This document shows, in pieces, positions 30,392 to 39,549 of a stretch of 41,739 bases of DNA. Every line of letters begins with the position of its first letter. The first letter of the stretch is position 1. This stretch comes from Methanothermococcus okinawensis (GTDB lineage Archaea; AGJL01; Methanococci; Methanococcales; Methanococcaceae), in contig DQVW01000056.1 in NCBI GenBank assembly GCA_015661555.1, positions 1 through 41,739 of the forward strand. Reading direction: 5' to 3'. A program made the translations under genes and the position numbers. Under the pieces are notes generated by a model. That model saw nothing but the letters and a program-made list of their open reading frames with translations, searched no databases and had not been told where the DNA came from.

Positions 30392-31332
30392 ATATCTTTT
30401 ATACTTTCCCAGCAGGCCTTTAAAACCTGGACAGAGTGTTTAAAGGTTTCAAGTTCCTCGGGACTGATCTTTATAGGTACTATCTCCTCCACACCTTTCC
30501 TACCTAACTTAACTGGCACCCCGATACATACACCCCCTATACCGTCTATCTCCCCATCTAGATATGTGGAGAGTGTTAACACTCTTTTGTCATCGTTGAT
30601 TATAGTCTTTATTACGTTAACTACTGCAGAGGCTGGACCGTACTCTGAACCTCCTTTTAGCCTAATTATCTCCTCTCCCCTATTCTTTACAAGTTCCACA
30701 ACCTCTTTGTAGGGGAAATTCTCAAAACCTGGCATCCTGCTTATAGGTATACCCCCAATTGCCGTTGCACTTAAAAGGGGTACCATGGTATCTCCATGTT
30801 CCCCTATGATTCTAGTCCTTACCTCCCCAATATGTACTCCAAAGTACTTTGCAATAGCCACCTTAAACCTCATGGAGTCTAGATGGGTACCTAGTCCAAA
30901 GACCTGGCTCCTGTCATAACCACTTTCAAATAGTGCCTTCTGGGTCATGATATCTACAGGGTTAGTTACTATGAACAACTTGGTATCACAGGTCTTAGAT
31001 ATGTCCTTAACGTAGTTCTTGATGATCTTTGCATTTACCTTCGCCAGATCCAATCTGGACATACCGTCCTTCCTTGGCACCCCTGCAGAGATTACTGTAA
31101 TCTCACTACCATCTACAGCATCTGGAATCTCTTTATCGCTGTAGATCTCAATCTCTGCATCCCTAGCCTCAGCTGCAAGGGCGTCGTACATATCCATTCT
31201 AATACCCTCTAATTTTTTCAAGGACTTCTCCCTGGATATGAGAACTATATGTTTTATAGAGGGCTCCCTTGCAAGTAAAAAAGATACTGTAGAACCTATC
31301 CTTCCCGAGGCTCCAATAACTGCTATCTTCAT
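30388..31332 (-). CDS. mdh: LDH/MDH family malate (2-hydroxyacid) dehydrogenase
   Basis: GASGRIG, AGVPRK.GMSRLDL, TNPVD, LDSMR and GEHGD. Confidence 0.92.
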   Translation of the reverse strand: MKIAVIGASGRIGSTVSFLLAREPSIKHIVLISREKSLKKLEGIRMDMYDALAAEARDAEIEIYSDKEIPDAVDGSEITVISAGVPRKDGMSRLDLAKVNAKIIKNYVKDISKTCDTKLFIVTNPVDIMTQKALFESGYDRSQVFGLGTHLDSMRFKVAIAKYFGVHIGEVRTRIIGEHGDTMVPLLSATAIGGIPISRMPGFENFPYKEVVELVKNRGEEIIRLKGGSEYGPASAVVNVIKTIINDDKRVLTLSTYLDGEIDGIGGVCIGVPVKLGRKGVEEIVPIKISPEELETFKHSVQVLKACWESIKDI

Positions 31333-31341
31333 CCTTCCACC

Positions 31342-31444
31342 AGTAATACTTTTGAATGAAAAGTATTAAATAGTATTACTAACAAGGTGAATAGTAATAC
31401 TAAGCCTTTTAGAAAGTAATATATAGTTAAAGTTTTCTTTAACT
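31342..31444. promoter_or_regulatory. palindrome-rich divergent promoter region (candidate operators)
   Basis: Inverted repeats 31344-31368 (10-5-10), 31371-31402 (11-10-11) and 31425-31444 (8-4-8); AGTAWTACT at 31342, 31372 and 31393. Confidence 0.55.
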
Positions 31445-31482
31445 TATATCAAGTATTCTTTAACACTGTGGAGGTTTTTACC

Positions 31483-31701
31483 ATGGAGAGGGATAGGGAC
31501 ACCCTGGGTATGGAGGAGATAGATATTTTGGCCATTGGATTACTGCTCACAGCCCCTATGATGTCTGACTACGAGATGAGGTGTATCTTAGGAAAATTGA
31601 AAAAAATAGCTAAAAAAAAGAAGGTGGCCAGTTACAAAAGTATCAACGAGATACTAGATGAGTGGGCCAACAAGGCCTATCACTTGACTATGAAGTACTA
31701 G
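31483..31701 (+). CDS. small hypothetical protein (72 aa)
   Basis: GGAGGT SD before ATG 31483, protein-like composition, fills the gap divergent from mdh. Confidence 0.75.
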   Translation: MERDRDTLGMEEIDILAIGLLLTAPMMSDYEMRCILGKLKKIAKKKKVASYKSINEILDEWANKAYHLTMKY

Positions 31702-31779
31702 TTACCAACCTAGTAGGAAGTAAGGTATTAGGGAGAGGAGCATAATCAGCCCAACAACTATAGCCAGTATTTTCCTCAT
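31702..31779 (-). CDS. putative 25-aa single-TM micro-protein
   Basis: MRKILAIVVGLIMLLSLIPYFLLGW*: basic N-terminus plus one hydrophobic helix. Lies 34 nt downstream of cyaB; its stop abuts the opposing gene's stop. Confidence 0.6.
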   Translation of the reverse strand: MRKILAIVVGLIMLLSLIPYFLLGW

Positions 31780-31813
31780 CCCTATATTTTTATATCTCTT
31801 GTTGTATTTATTT

Positions 31814-32380
31814 TTATCCCTTCTCCTCATAGCTATCCCTAAGTTCCAGATAGGATGCTCTTATCAATTCTTTCTTATCTAAACCTAGGGATCTTATAAG
31901 ATCCATAAGTTCCCCAATAGCATCCTCTTTTTCAGATTTAGATTTAACACTTTTTTCACATTCAAGGAAGTACCCTATACCCTCCACCCTATCTATAGAT
32001 ACCAGTATATCACCTTTTCTGTATATCTCCCTTACCTTCCTAATTGGGGGTATCTTTTTAAATCCAAGTTTTTCCAGTATAGTCTTTGTGGTGTCCCCAT
32101 TCTCCATACCCACCTGATACTCCTCCCTGGTCTTAGATATGCTGTCCAACTTTGGACCTTTATAGGTTAGATAGTATCTCCTCTCTCCCTTCTCTAGGTC
32201 TATGGACTCCCTTACCCTGAGAGCCTCGTCAGTTTCTCTAAAATCCCTGTCTATACCGTTGAAGTAGGTATCTATCTCCTCCACTATTCTACACCTTTTA
32301 AATCCCAAATCCCTCAATTTATGGGAAAGGTCCTCCACCTCTTCCCTATCCACCTTAACCTTTAACTCCACCTCTATCAT
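31814..32380 (-). CDS. cyaB: CYTH-domain protein (class IV adenylate cyclase-like)
   Basis: EVELK, D.YF, EALRVR, LTYKGPK, REE, K.R, D.V.G.G.F.E and SYLEL. Confidence 0.9.
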   Translation of the reverse strand: MIEVELKVKVDREEVEDLSHKLRDLGFKRCRIVEEIDTYFNGIDRDFRETDEALRVRESIDLEKGERRYYLTYKGPKLDSISKTREEYQVGMENGDTTKTILEKLGFKKIPPIRKVREIYRKGDILVSIDRVEGIGYFLECEKSVKSKSEKEDAIGELMDLIRSLGLDKKELIRASYLELRDSYEEKG

Positions 32381-32811
32381 AATACCACCAAACTTTTAAC
32401 GTAGGGTTCCAACACCTTCCTCAACTTCTCCACATCTACATTCTCTATCTCAAGCCAGATAACAACCTGGTTATCCTCCCTCTCCAGGGTTGTAGATAGT
32501 ATATTCCCCCCTATCTCCGATATCTTGGAGGATATATCAGCTAGTAATCCTATCCTGTCCTCAGCTACTATCCTGATCTTTCTCGTTAAGAGGCTCACAT
32601 GCCCCCTCTCCAATAGATACTTCCCCTCCTCCGTTAAGTAGACCCCTCCCTTTTTACCCTTCTTTGTAGTTACTAAACCTAGATCTCTCAAAACCTTTAT
32701 GTATCTATCTACATTCTTGGGATGGATATTCAACCTACTTGAAATCTCCTTAACTGTGTTACACTCCCTAAGAAGTTCCATTATCCTCCTGGTAGTACCT
32801 TCAAGTTTCAT
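32377..32811 (-). CDS. winged-HTH + ACT domain regulator
   Basis: N-terminal wHTH (L...GLV.TKKG..GG..LT.EG) and C-terminal ACT (EDR.GLLADIS..I...G.NI). Confidence 0.85.
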   Translation of the reverse strand: MKLEGTTRRIMELLRECNTVKEISSRLNIHPKNVDRYIKVLRDLGLVTTKKGKKGGVYLTEEGKYLLERGHVSLLTRKIRIVAEDRIGLLADISSKISEIGGNILSTTLEREDNQVVIWLEIENVDVEKLRKVLEPYVKSLVVL

Positions 32812-32864
32812 AAGTGTTTAATATGAAACTTCCTCATATATAATGTTATTAAACGGTGAAAAAT

Positions 32865-33326
32865 ATGTTAACTCATCTAGATAAAAAGGGCGTAAAGATG
32901 GTGGACATCTCAGAGAAGGAGGAGGAAAATAGGGAGTGTATTGCAAAGGGTTTCATCAAGTTAAAACCCTCTACAGTGGAGGCTATATCTCGAAAAGAGG
33001 TAGTAAAGGGAGATGTGCTGACTACAGCCCAAATTGCAGGGATAATGGCTGTGAAAAACACCCCAAATATAATACCTCTCTGTCATCCCATACCTATAAC
33101 TGGGGTAAACGTGGCCTTTAAGTTGGAGAGGGATGGGATAGAGGTGGAGGTGAAGGTAAAGACCACCTATAAAACAGGTGTGGAGATGGAGGCTCTTACA
33201 GGAGTCTCAGCAGCCCTCCTAACTATATGGGACATGGTAAAAGCTATTGAAAAAGATGAGGATGGCCAGTATCCCAGCACCAAGATATGTAATATCAGGG
33301 TTATAAGTAAGAAAAAAGGTGTATAA
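32865..33326 (+). CDS. moaC: cyclic pyranopterin monophosphate synthase
   Basis: [28 protein letters not shown] and DM.K. ATG 32865 follows GGTGA. Confidence 0.96.
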   Translation: MLTHLDKKGVKMVDISEKEEENRECIAKGFIKLKPSTVEAISRKEVVKGDVLTTAQIAGIMAVKNTPNIIPLCHPIPITGVNVAFKLERDGIEVEVKVKTTYKTGVEMEALTGVSAALLTIWDMVKAIEKDEDGQYPSTKICNIRVISKKKGV

Positions 33327-33342
33327 ATATGGTAAGTAGCAT

Positions 33343-33450
33343 ATGTTATACCTTCCAAGGTTGGGATACGATATAAAGGAAGATCTTATCTCTATAGTAT
33401 TGATAACCCTTTCAATTCCTCTGGCTATTTTTGTAATAGGGGCTTTATGA
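33343..33450 (+). CDS. putative 35-aa micro-protein with C-terminal TM helix
   Basis: MLYLPRLGYDIKEDLISIVLITLSIPLAIFVIGAL*; lies 16 nt after the moaC stop, co-oriented with moaC and dph2. Confidence 0.5.
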   Translation: MLYLPRLGYDIKEDLISIVLITLSIPLAIFVIGAL

Positions 33451-33523
33451 TTTTTGTTAAATTTAAGTCTCCCAGTTAAGTGTCTAATTTTCCTAATTAA
33501 GATAAATAGAAGGGTTGATAGCA

Positions 33524-34486
33524 ATGTGGGACTTGGAGAGGGAGAGGGTGGTAAAGGAAATCCTGAGGCGTAGGGGGAAGAGGATACTTTTCCAGGCCCC
33601 TGAGGGTTTGAAGTTAGAGGTTGAGAGGGAGATCCAGGAGATAGGGAAATACTTTAGAGAGAGGGGGATGGATATAGAGCTCATAATGTGGGGTGGAAGT
33701 GCCTTTGGAGCCTGTGATATATGTGACAGGGAGGGGAAGTATCTAGATGTAGACCTTATAGTTCACTATGGGCATGAGGCACTACCCTATGTAAAATCTG
33801 AGATACCAGTTCTCTATGTTCCCGCCTATTACAGGCCTGATAGGGAACATCTAGAGGAGATCTATAGAGATATTGAGGAGATACTTAAAAGATACAGGGA
33901 TCCTTTAATAACTACCACTGTGCAATTTAAAAAGATCCTCCACAGGTACAACCCCCAGGTAATACTTGGATGTAGGGCAAATATAACCTTGGAGGATGGA
34001 AGGGACATCCTCTATATAGGAAGTGGAAGGTTCCATCCCCTCATCTTGGCCTATAAGTTTAGGAGGGAAGTGCCCACATACAATCCTATAACCAGGGAGT
34101 TCTCCAGGATCAGAAAAGAGGAGGTTGAAGGTTTTATTAAGAGGAGGTTGGGGGTGATTTCAAAGTTACTTCTTAATCCACCTAAGAAGATTGGGGTTGT
34201 ACTGTCTCTGAAGAGGGGTCAGTGTAGAACAGGAGTTTTTAAAAGAGTGATTAAAGTACTAAAGGAGAGGGGTATAGAGTATATCCCCATTGTGTTAGAT
34301 ACTATCAATCCTGAAGATCTTCTATACAAGGTAGATGCCTACGTTGTATGTGCCTGTCCAAGGGTGGTGTTGGACGACTACATAAGATATAAAAAGATAC
34401 TTTTAACACCAAAGGAGTTTGAGATGTATATTAACGGGGATTTCCAATACCAGCTAGAGGAGATATCCCCTGAGGATTTTAGATAA
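33524..34486 (+). CDS. dph2: 2-(3-amino-3-carboxypropyl)histidine synthase (diphthamide biosynthesis Dph2)
   Basis: Q.PEGLK, GACD, H.GH, ILGC, G.GRFH, K.GQ and ACPR (three Fe-S Cys). Confidence 0.92.
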   Translation: MWDLERERVVKEILRRRGKRILFQAPEGLKLEVEREIQEIGKYFRERGMDIELIMWGGSAFGACDICDREGKYLDVDLIVHYGHEALPYVKSEIPVLYVPAYYRPDREHLEEIYRDIEEILKRYRDPLITTTVQFKKILHRYNPQVILGCRANITLEDGRDILYIGSGRFHPLILAYKFRREVPTYNPITREFSRIRKEEVEGFIKRRLGVISKLLLNPPKKIGVVLSLKRGQCRTGVFKRVIKVLKERGIEYIPIVLDTINPEDLLYKVDAYVVCACPRVVLDDYIRYKKILLTPKEFEMYINGDFQYQLEEISPEDFR

Positions 34487-35380
34487 TTACTTTAATCCCA
34501 ACTTCTCAAGTACTGGATCACAGGATATGAAGTGTAGATCCAGTGCAACCTCCTCAGGTTTCATACCCATGGCAAGGCCTAGCAACTGGGAGTAGTGTAT
34601 AACTGGCAGGGAGTACTCCCTCCCAAATCTCTCCTTTATCTCTACCTGTCCCCTGTCAAACTGTAGATGGCAGAAGGGACATACCTCGGTAACACAGTCT
34701 CCCCCGGCATTGAGTATGTTTTTAATCTTCATCTCTGTGATCTTCAGTGCAGTCTCTAAATCCCTGGCTCTTACACCCCCTCCAGCACCACAACACATCT
34801 GTTTATCCAGGTAGTCGATAGATGTGGCACCTATAGCCTCTACAAGGGCGTCAAAGGATCTAGGTCTCTCTGCACTTTCAATCTTTTTAATATCGCTAGG
34901 TTTCAAGTAGTGGCATCCATAGTGAACTGCCACATTTAAATCCAGTGGTCTTACAACTTTCTCCGCTATGGCATCTGGACCGTAGTCGAAGTAGAGTACC
35001 TCTGGTAAATGTCTAACACGAACCTTCCCCTTATACTCGTAGCCGTACTTCGAGAGGATTTTATTTACCTTCTCCCTTGCCCTCTCATTCTCCTTGAGTA
35101 TATGGTTTGCCTCGTAGAGGGAGCCGTAGCAACCGTTGCAGATAGTGAGTATGTCCAGCCCTCTCTCCTCTGCAACACAGAGGTTTCTCCCTGCAAGGGT
35201 AAGCCATGTTAGAAGGTCGAAGGAACCAAATACCCCGGGAGCAGGACAGCAAGAACCCTTCTCAAAGGGATGTAACTTTATACCTAACCTGTCTAACGCC
35301 TTGTAGGTGGCACTCTCTATACCTGGATACCTGTTAGGTGCAATACATCCCAGGAAGAACAGGAACTCCATCTCCTTCAT
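34487..35380 (-). CDS. hdrB: CoB--CoM heterodisulfide reductase subunit B
   Basis: [36 protein letters not shown] and CPFCHLQFD. Confidence 0.96.
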   Translation of the reverse strand: MKEMEFLFFLGCIAPNRYPGIESATYKALDRLGIKLHPFEKGSCCPAPGVFGSFDLLTWLTLAGRNLCVAEERGLDILTICNGCYGSLYEANHILKENERAREKVNKILSKYGYEYKGKVRVRHLPEVLYFDYGPDAIAEKVVRPLDLNVAVHYGCHYLKPSDIKKIESAERPRSFDALVEAIGATSIDYLDKQMCCGAGGGVRARDLETALKITEMKIKNILNAGGDCVTEVCPFCHLQFDRGQVEIKERFGREYSLPVIHYSQLLGLAMGMKPEEVALDLHFISCDPVLEKLGLK

Positions 35381-35952
35381 AATTTCACCTTTTTTAAATC
35401 CTCCAACTTCTTAGTTTTTGGATTAATCCCTGCATTTTCGCAGAACCCTGTATCTTCCATAATCCCTCTTATATGTTCCAGTACCTCGGGGTACTTGTAG
35501 GTTGTTGGAGGCACCTCACTTAAACCTAGTTTTTTCCTTATCTCCTTTATCTTGTCGTTTACAGGTACTGCATGACCTGTGAGATATACATAGAGTGCAG
35601 TCTTTCTATGGGCCAGGGCAGCATAACCCATCTGGAAGGCTAAATTCCTCATGGCCTTTATGATCTCCGTGATCTTAACGTCCCTGGGACATCTCTCGTA
35701 GCAGGTATAACATGTCGTACACTTCCAGAGGTCCTCACTTTTTATATAGTCTTCCTGTCCAAAAATAGCGGCCCTTATTAACTTCCTAGTCCTGTAAGCT
35801 GTGATCCTCCCACTGGGACATCCTCCTGTACAGGTTCCACACTGGTAGCACCTGGTGAAGGACCTTATTACATCCTCCTCTCCTATCCTTTTTCCAATCT
35901 CTATCAATCTCTCTGGAAGTTCAGGGTTGAAATCCCCAACACTTATAACCAT
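35377..35952 (-). CDS. hdrC: CoB--CoM heterodisulfide reductase subunit C
   Basis: [14 protein letters not shown] and [15 protein letters not shown]; overlaps the hdrB start by 4 nt. Confidence 0.96.
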   Translation of the reverse strand: MVISVGDFNPELPERLIEIGKRIGEEDVIRSFTRCYQCGTCTGGCPSGRITAYRTRKLIRAAIFGQEDYIKSEDLWKCTTCYTCYERCPRDVKITEIIKAMRNLAFQMGYAALAHRKTALYVYLTGHAVPVNDKIKEIRKKLGLSEVPPTTYKYPEVLEHIRGIMEDTGFCENAGINPKTKKLEDLKKVKL

Positions 35953-36035
35953 GTTATCACCCCTACTCTACTATATGAGGGGCACCTATTTAACAGTGGA
36001 TTATTGGCATCACTCTATAATACAGATGTATAAAC

Positions 36036-36758
36036 CTAAAAATATTTCAAAAGTCCTAAATACATTGCCACTGCTGAGATGCATCCAACCATGGTACATA
36101 TAAAGTTAACATGTTCCTTGTTCAGTATCCCTCTCCTCTCAAAGAGCGCCCCAGAGATACTGTCAAATAGATTCCCCAGCATACCTGATAGGGTACTTAC
36201 TACAAGGAGGTAGTAGTTGTTAAAGAGTAAGGTGGCTAGAAGTCCTATGAGAAAACCACCTATCAAACCTGCTATAATGCCCCAGAGTGTTACACCACCA
36301 TCGGTACCCCTTTCAACCTTTTCAAGAGTGGTTATCAATCTAGGGGTCTCCTTGGAGAGCACACCTAACTCGGAGGAAAAGGTATCTGAAGTGGCTGCAG
36401 AGATAGCCCCCACATATCCAAAGAGGGCTGTATTGTAATCTAACATACCTAGCATATACAGTATCACAATTAAGATTGCCACCAAACCATTTGCCACTAC
36501 ATTCTTTAAGGATCTTTTACACTCGTAGAGTTTCATAGATGCTTTTTTAGAGCATCCTATCCTACTAACTAAACTACCTAGTACCAGGAAACTTAAGATT
36601 ATCAACAACCATTTTATATCTGTCACCATAAGTATAATAAAGGCCATGAGAGCTGAGACTGTCAAACCGGTATCGTCGAGATAGCCCCTCTTCTTTATAA
36701 TATAGGCCAGGGCCATCACTACAACAAGGGAGTATAAAAACCTTAGGTATAACTCCAT
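36036..36758 (-). CDS. DUF92 / TIGR00297 membrane protein
   Basis: R...NV.ANG, SDTFSSELG, PRLITT...V..GTDGGVT..G, DS..GA..E and VNF. Confidence 0.9.
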   Translation of the reverse strand: MELYLRFLYSLVVVMALAYIIKKRGYLDDTGLTVSALMAFIILMVTDIKWLLIILSFLVLGSLVSRIGCSKKASMKLYECKRSLKNVVANGLVAILIVILYMLGMLDYNTALFGYVGAISAATSDTFSSELGVLSKETPRLITTLEKVERGTDGGVTLWGIIAGLIGGFLIGLLATLLFNNYYLLVVSTLSGMLGNLFDSISGALFERRGILNKEHVNFICTMVGCISAVAMYLGLLKYF

Positions 36759-36852
36759 TACCTTTCACCGGGAGTTTAAGGTTTTTCCTATCCTATAAAT
36801 AATGTTAATAAAATACCCTAACCCTTTATAAAAAGGATTAGGGTGATGTTAA

Positions 36853-38118
36853 ATGGAGAGTAGTAAGAAGGAGAAGGATCTCTATCTATTTAAAAAAGCT
36901 ATTAAGGAGTTGAAGAGTAAGAAGGGAAAGGGTACTGAGTTGATAAGTCTCTACATACCTGCCAGGAGGAGAATATCCGATGTAGCTCAGTACCTAAGGG
37001 AGGAGCTCTCCCAATCCTCCAACATCAAAAGTAAAACAACGAGGAAGAATGTCCAATCTGCTATTGAGGCTATACTTCAAAGGTTAAAACTTCTAAAGGA
37101 GCCTCTGGAAAAGGGGGTTATTATATTCTCAGGGATGGTTCCCAGGGGAGGACCTGGGACTGAGAAGATGGAGACCTACGTATTGGAACCACCTGAACCT
37201 ATAAAGACCTTTATATACAGGTGTGACTCCCAGTTCTACACAGAACCTCTGGAGGACTTCCTAGAGGAGAAGGATGTATACGGTATTATACTTATAGATA
37301 GAAACGAGGCTACAATTGGTATAGTCAAGGGGAAAAATATTCAGGTATTGAAGAGACTAACTAGTGGGGTCCCTGGGAAGTTTAAGGCTGGGGGACAATC
37401 TGCAAGAAGGTTGGAGAGGTTGATAGATGACGCTGCACATCAGTTTATGAAGAGGGTAGGTGAGTATGCAAATGAGGAGTTCCTACCTCTACTGAGGGAG
37501 AAGAAGTTAAAGGGGATACTTATTGGAGGGCCTGGAAATACAAAGATCGAGTTTGTAAAGAAGAACTACCTCAACCATGAACTTAGGAAGATAGTTATAG
37601 ATACCTTCGATATCTGTTATACCGAGGAGTTTGGAATAAGGGAACTTCTGGAAAAGGCCTCTGATGTTTTAAGGGATATAGAGTTGATGAAGGAGAGGGA
37701 GGTTGTTCAGAGGTTCTTCAAGGAACTTATAAAGGAAGACGGTGGCCTTGCAGCCTACGGTGAAAAGGAGGTTATGAGGTATCTAGAGATGGGTGCTGTA
37801 GATACCCTTATCATTACAGACGACATAAACATGACTAGGGTAACTGTGAAGTGTAATAACTGTGACTTCACCCAGGAGGTAAATGTGAAAAATGAGGAAC
37901 TTCAAAAGTTTGAGGAGGATCTAAAGAATAAATCCTGTCCAAAGTGTGGTGGGATGCTCTATATAGCAGAGAAAGAGGATATCATAGAGTACTTTTCACG
38001 ACTCTGTGAGGAAACTGGTACAACCTTGAAGATTATCTCCACAGAGACCGAAGAGGGTAGTCAGATATCCAAGGCATTTAAGGGTATAGCTGCTATTTTA
38101 AGGTACAAGATTGATTAA
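36853..38118 (+). CDS. prf1: peptide chain release factor aRF1
   Basis: [18 protein letters not shown] and GGQS. Confidence 0.97.
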   Translation: MESSKKEKDLYLFKKAIKELKSKKGKGTELISLYIPARRRISDVAQYLREELSQSSNIKSKTTRKNVQSAIEAILQRLKLLKEPLEKGVIIFSGMVPRGGPGTEKMETYVLEPPEPIKTFIYRCDSQFYTEPLEDFLEEKDVYGIILIDRNEATIGIVKGKNIQVLKRLTSGVPGKFKAGGQSARRLERLIDDAAHQFMKRVGEYANEEFLPLLREKKLKGILIGGPGNTKIEFVKKNYLNHELRKIVIDTFDICYTEEFGIRELLEKASDVLRDIELMKEREVVQRFFKELIKEDGGLAAYGEKEVMRYLEMGAVDTLIITDDINMTRVTVKCNNCDFTQEVNVKNEELQKFEEDLKNKSCPKCGGMLYIAEKEDIIEYFSRLCEETGTTLKIISTETEEGSQISKAFKGIAAILRYKID

Positions 38119-39547
38119 GAAATCTGGAAACCCACCTTCTAAGGTAATATTCAAAATCTTTATTCTCCCTCTTCCCCCTATCTATATCAAGGGGTGGAAT
38201 CTCTATTTCAATATCTAATTTCATGGCACTTCTACAGAACCTCTCGTAGTCTATCTCCACCTCAGGTATAAGTCCCCTATCTTCTCCATCCTCCACCTTC
38301 TTAACACCTATTACCTTTACCCCTATCTCCTCCCCTATCTTCCTAACCTTTTCAAAGAGTTGGAAGTTGTAAACCCTGTTTAATATTATACCCCTTACAT
38401 CTACACCCATCTCCTTTAGAAGGAAGTAGTAACTTAAGCCCTCTATAAAGGCCCCCTCTATCCCTCCTTTACTACAGGAGGATACAAGGTAAACTGGGAA
38501 ACCAAGGCGTTTGGATATTTCGGCACTACTGTAATCCCCTCCCCTAAGGGCTCCTGTAAAGGCACCCATTACCCCCTCCACTACATAGTAGTTATAGTTG
38601 GACTCCCTCACAAACCTTAAAAACTCCTCAACACTACACCATCCCCTCTCCCCAATCTTTATACTACTGTACTTCATCATAGGTTCCCTTAGGATGTAGA
38701 GGGAGGGGACAATGTCCCTAACATCGGGACCTATCTTTGCAACAAATGTTCTCCCCCCTAACTTGGAGACTATACCTGTTAATAAAAAAGTTTTTCCACA
38801 GTGGGAACCTGTAGATAGAAGGATTATCCCTCTTTTTTTACTATCTCTACATTTTTCCCTGGAGTGTACTAACGATCTCCTTTTCAACTCCTCCCTCAAC
38901 TTCCTGTTTTTCTCTAGTATAGTTTCATACTCCTCCTCATCTACACCTAAACTCTCCAGTAGATTTCTCCTTATATGGGGGTTGTCCAGGAATCCATGAA
39001 CCATGGTACCATATACGTTCTTACGATACACCCCTGAGAGGATGTACCTCTCCTCCTCAAGGTATCTGTAGTTTAACTTCTCAACTTTAGATACACTTAG
39101 TATCTTAACCCCCTTACCAACCTTTATATCTCCGTAGGTGTGACAGTGAAATCCCTCCCCCCTCTCTCCAGCTCTCCCAAAGATAGAGTTATCCATCAAC
39201 TTAAACTCCACCCTATCTGTACATATCAAAGGGGAGAACTCCACATCTAACAGCCCCAACCCCTCTCTAAATACAGGATAACTACTTTTCCTCCCTATAT
39301 CCACCCTCTTAGAGAGTACCTGAAATCCACTACACACTCCAAAGAGTATGCCCTCAAACTCTAAGAGGTGTTTCTTCAACTTCTCATTTAGGGAGAGACT
39401 CTCTATAAGACTACCTCCGGGGATGATTAACATATCTAGATCTTTGATGACGTGGAGGTTATCCTCTCTAACTGCCAAGGTAGGTAGATTTCCAAAGTCT
39501 TCGAAGCAGGGAAGGGCTCCCTTTATATCAAGTATACCAATCTCCAT
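38093..39547 (-). CDS. CobB/CobQ-related protein with permuted domains (N-terminal GATase, C-terminal BioD/CobB-like P-loop)
   Basis: IIPGG, GVCSGFQ, GLGLLD and GTMVHG in the N-half; [20 protein letters not shown] and GIILNR in the C-half. Confidence 0.8.
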   Translation of the reverse strand: MEIGILDIKGALPCFEDFGNLPTLAVREDNLHVIKDLDMLIIPGGSLIESLSLNEKLKKHLLEFEGILFGVCSGFQVLSKRVDIGRKSSYPVFREGLGLLDVEFSPLICTDRVEFKLMDNSIFGRAGERGEGFHCHTYGDIKVGKGVKILSVSKVEKLNYRYLEEERYILSGVYRKNVYGTMVHGFLDNPHIRRNLLESLGVDEEEYETILEKNRKLREELKRRSLVHSREKCRDSKKRGIILLSTGSHCGKTFLLTGIVSKLGGRTFVAKIGPDVRDIVPSLYILREPMMKYSSIKIGERGWCSVEEFLRFVRESNYNYYVVEGVMGAFTGALRGGDYSSAEISKRLGFPVYLVSSCSKGGIEGAFIEGLSYYFLLKEMGVDVRGIILNRVYNFQLFEKVRKIGEEIGVKVIGVKKVEDGEDRGLIPEVEIDYERFCRSAMKLDIEIEIPPLDIDRGKRENKDFEYYLRRWVSRFLNQSCTLK

Positions 39548-39549
39548 AC

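Noticed and set aside
34487-35952. Selenocysteine recoding in hdr or other genes
   Set aside because: No in-frame TGA interrupts any recognised gene and no convincing archaeal SECIS was found. The TGA at 25909-25911 lies upstream of the SD of the radical SAM gene.
16371-38118. Convergent 3' overlaps (mscS/glmM, trmY/phosphoesterase, idsA/radical SAM, prf1/CobQ-like)
   Set aside because: Overlaps of about 20-35 nt are common in compact archaeal genomes.
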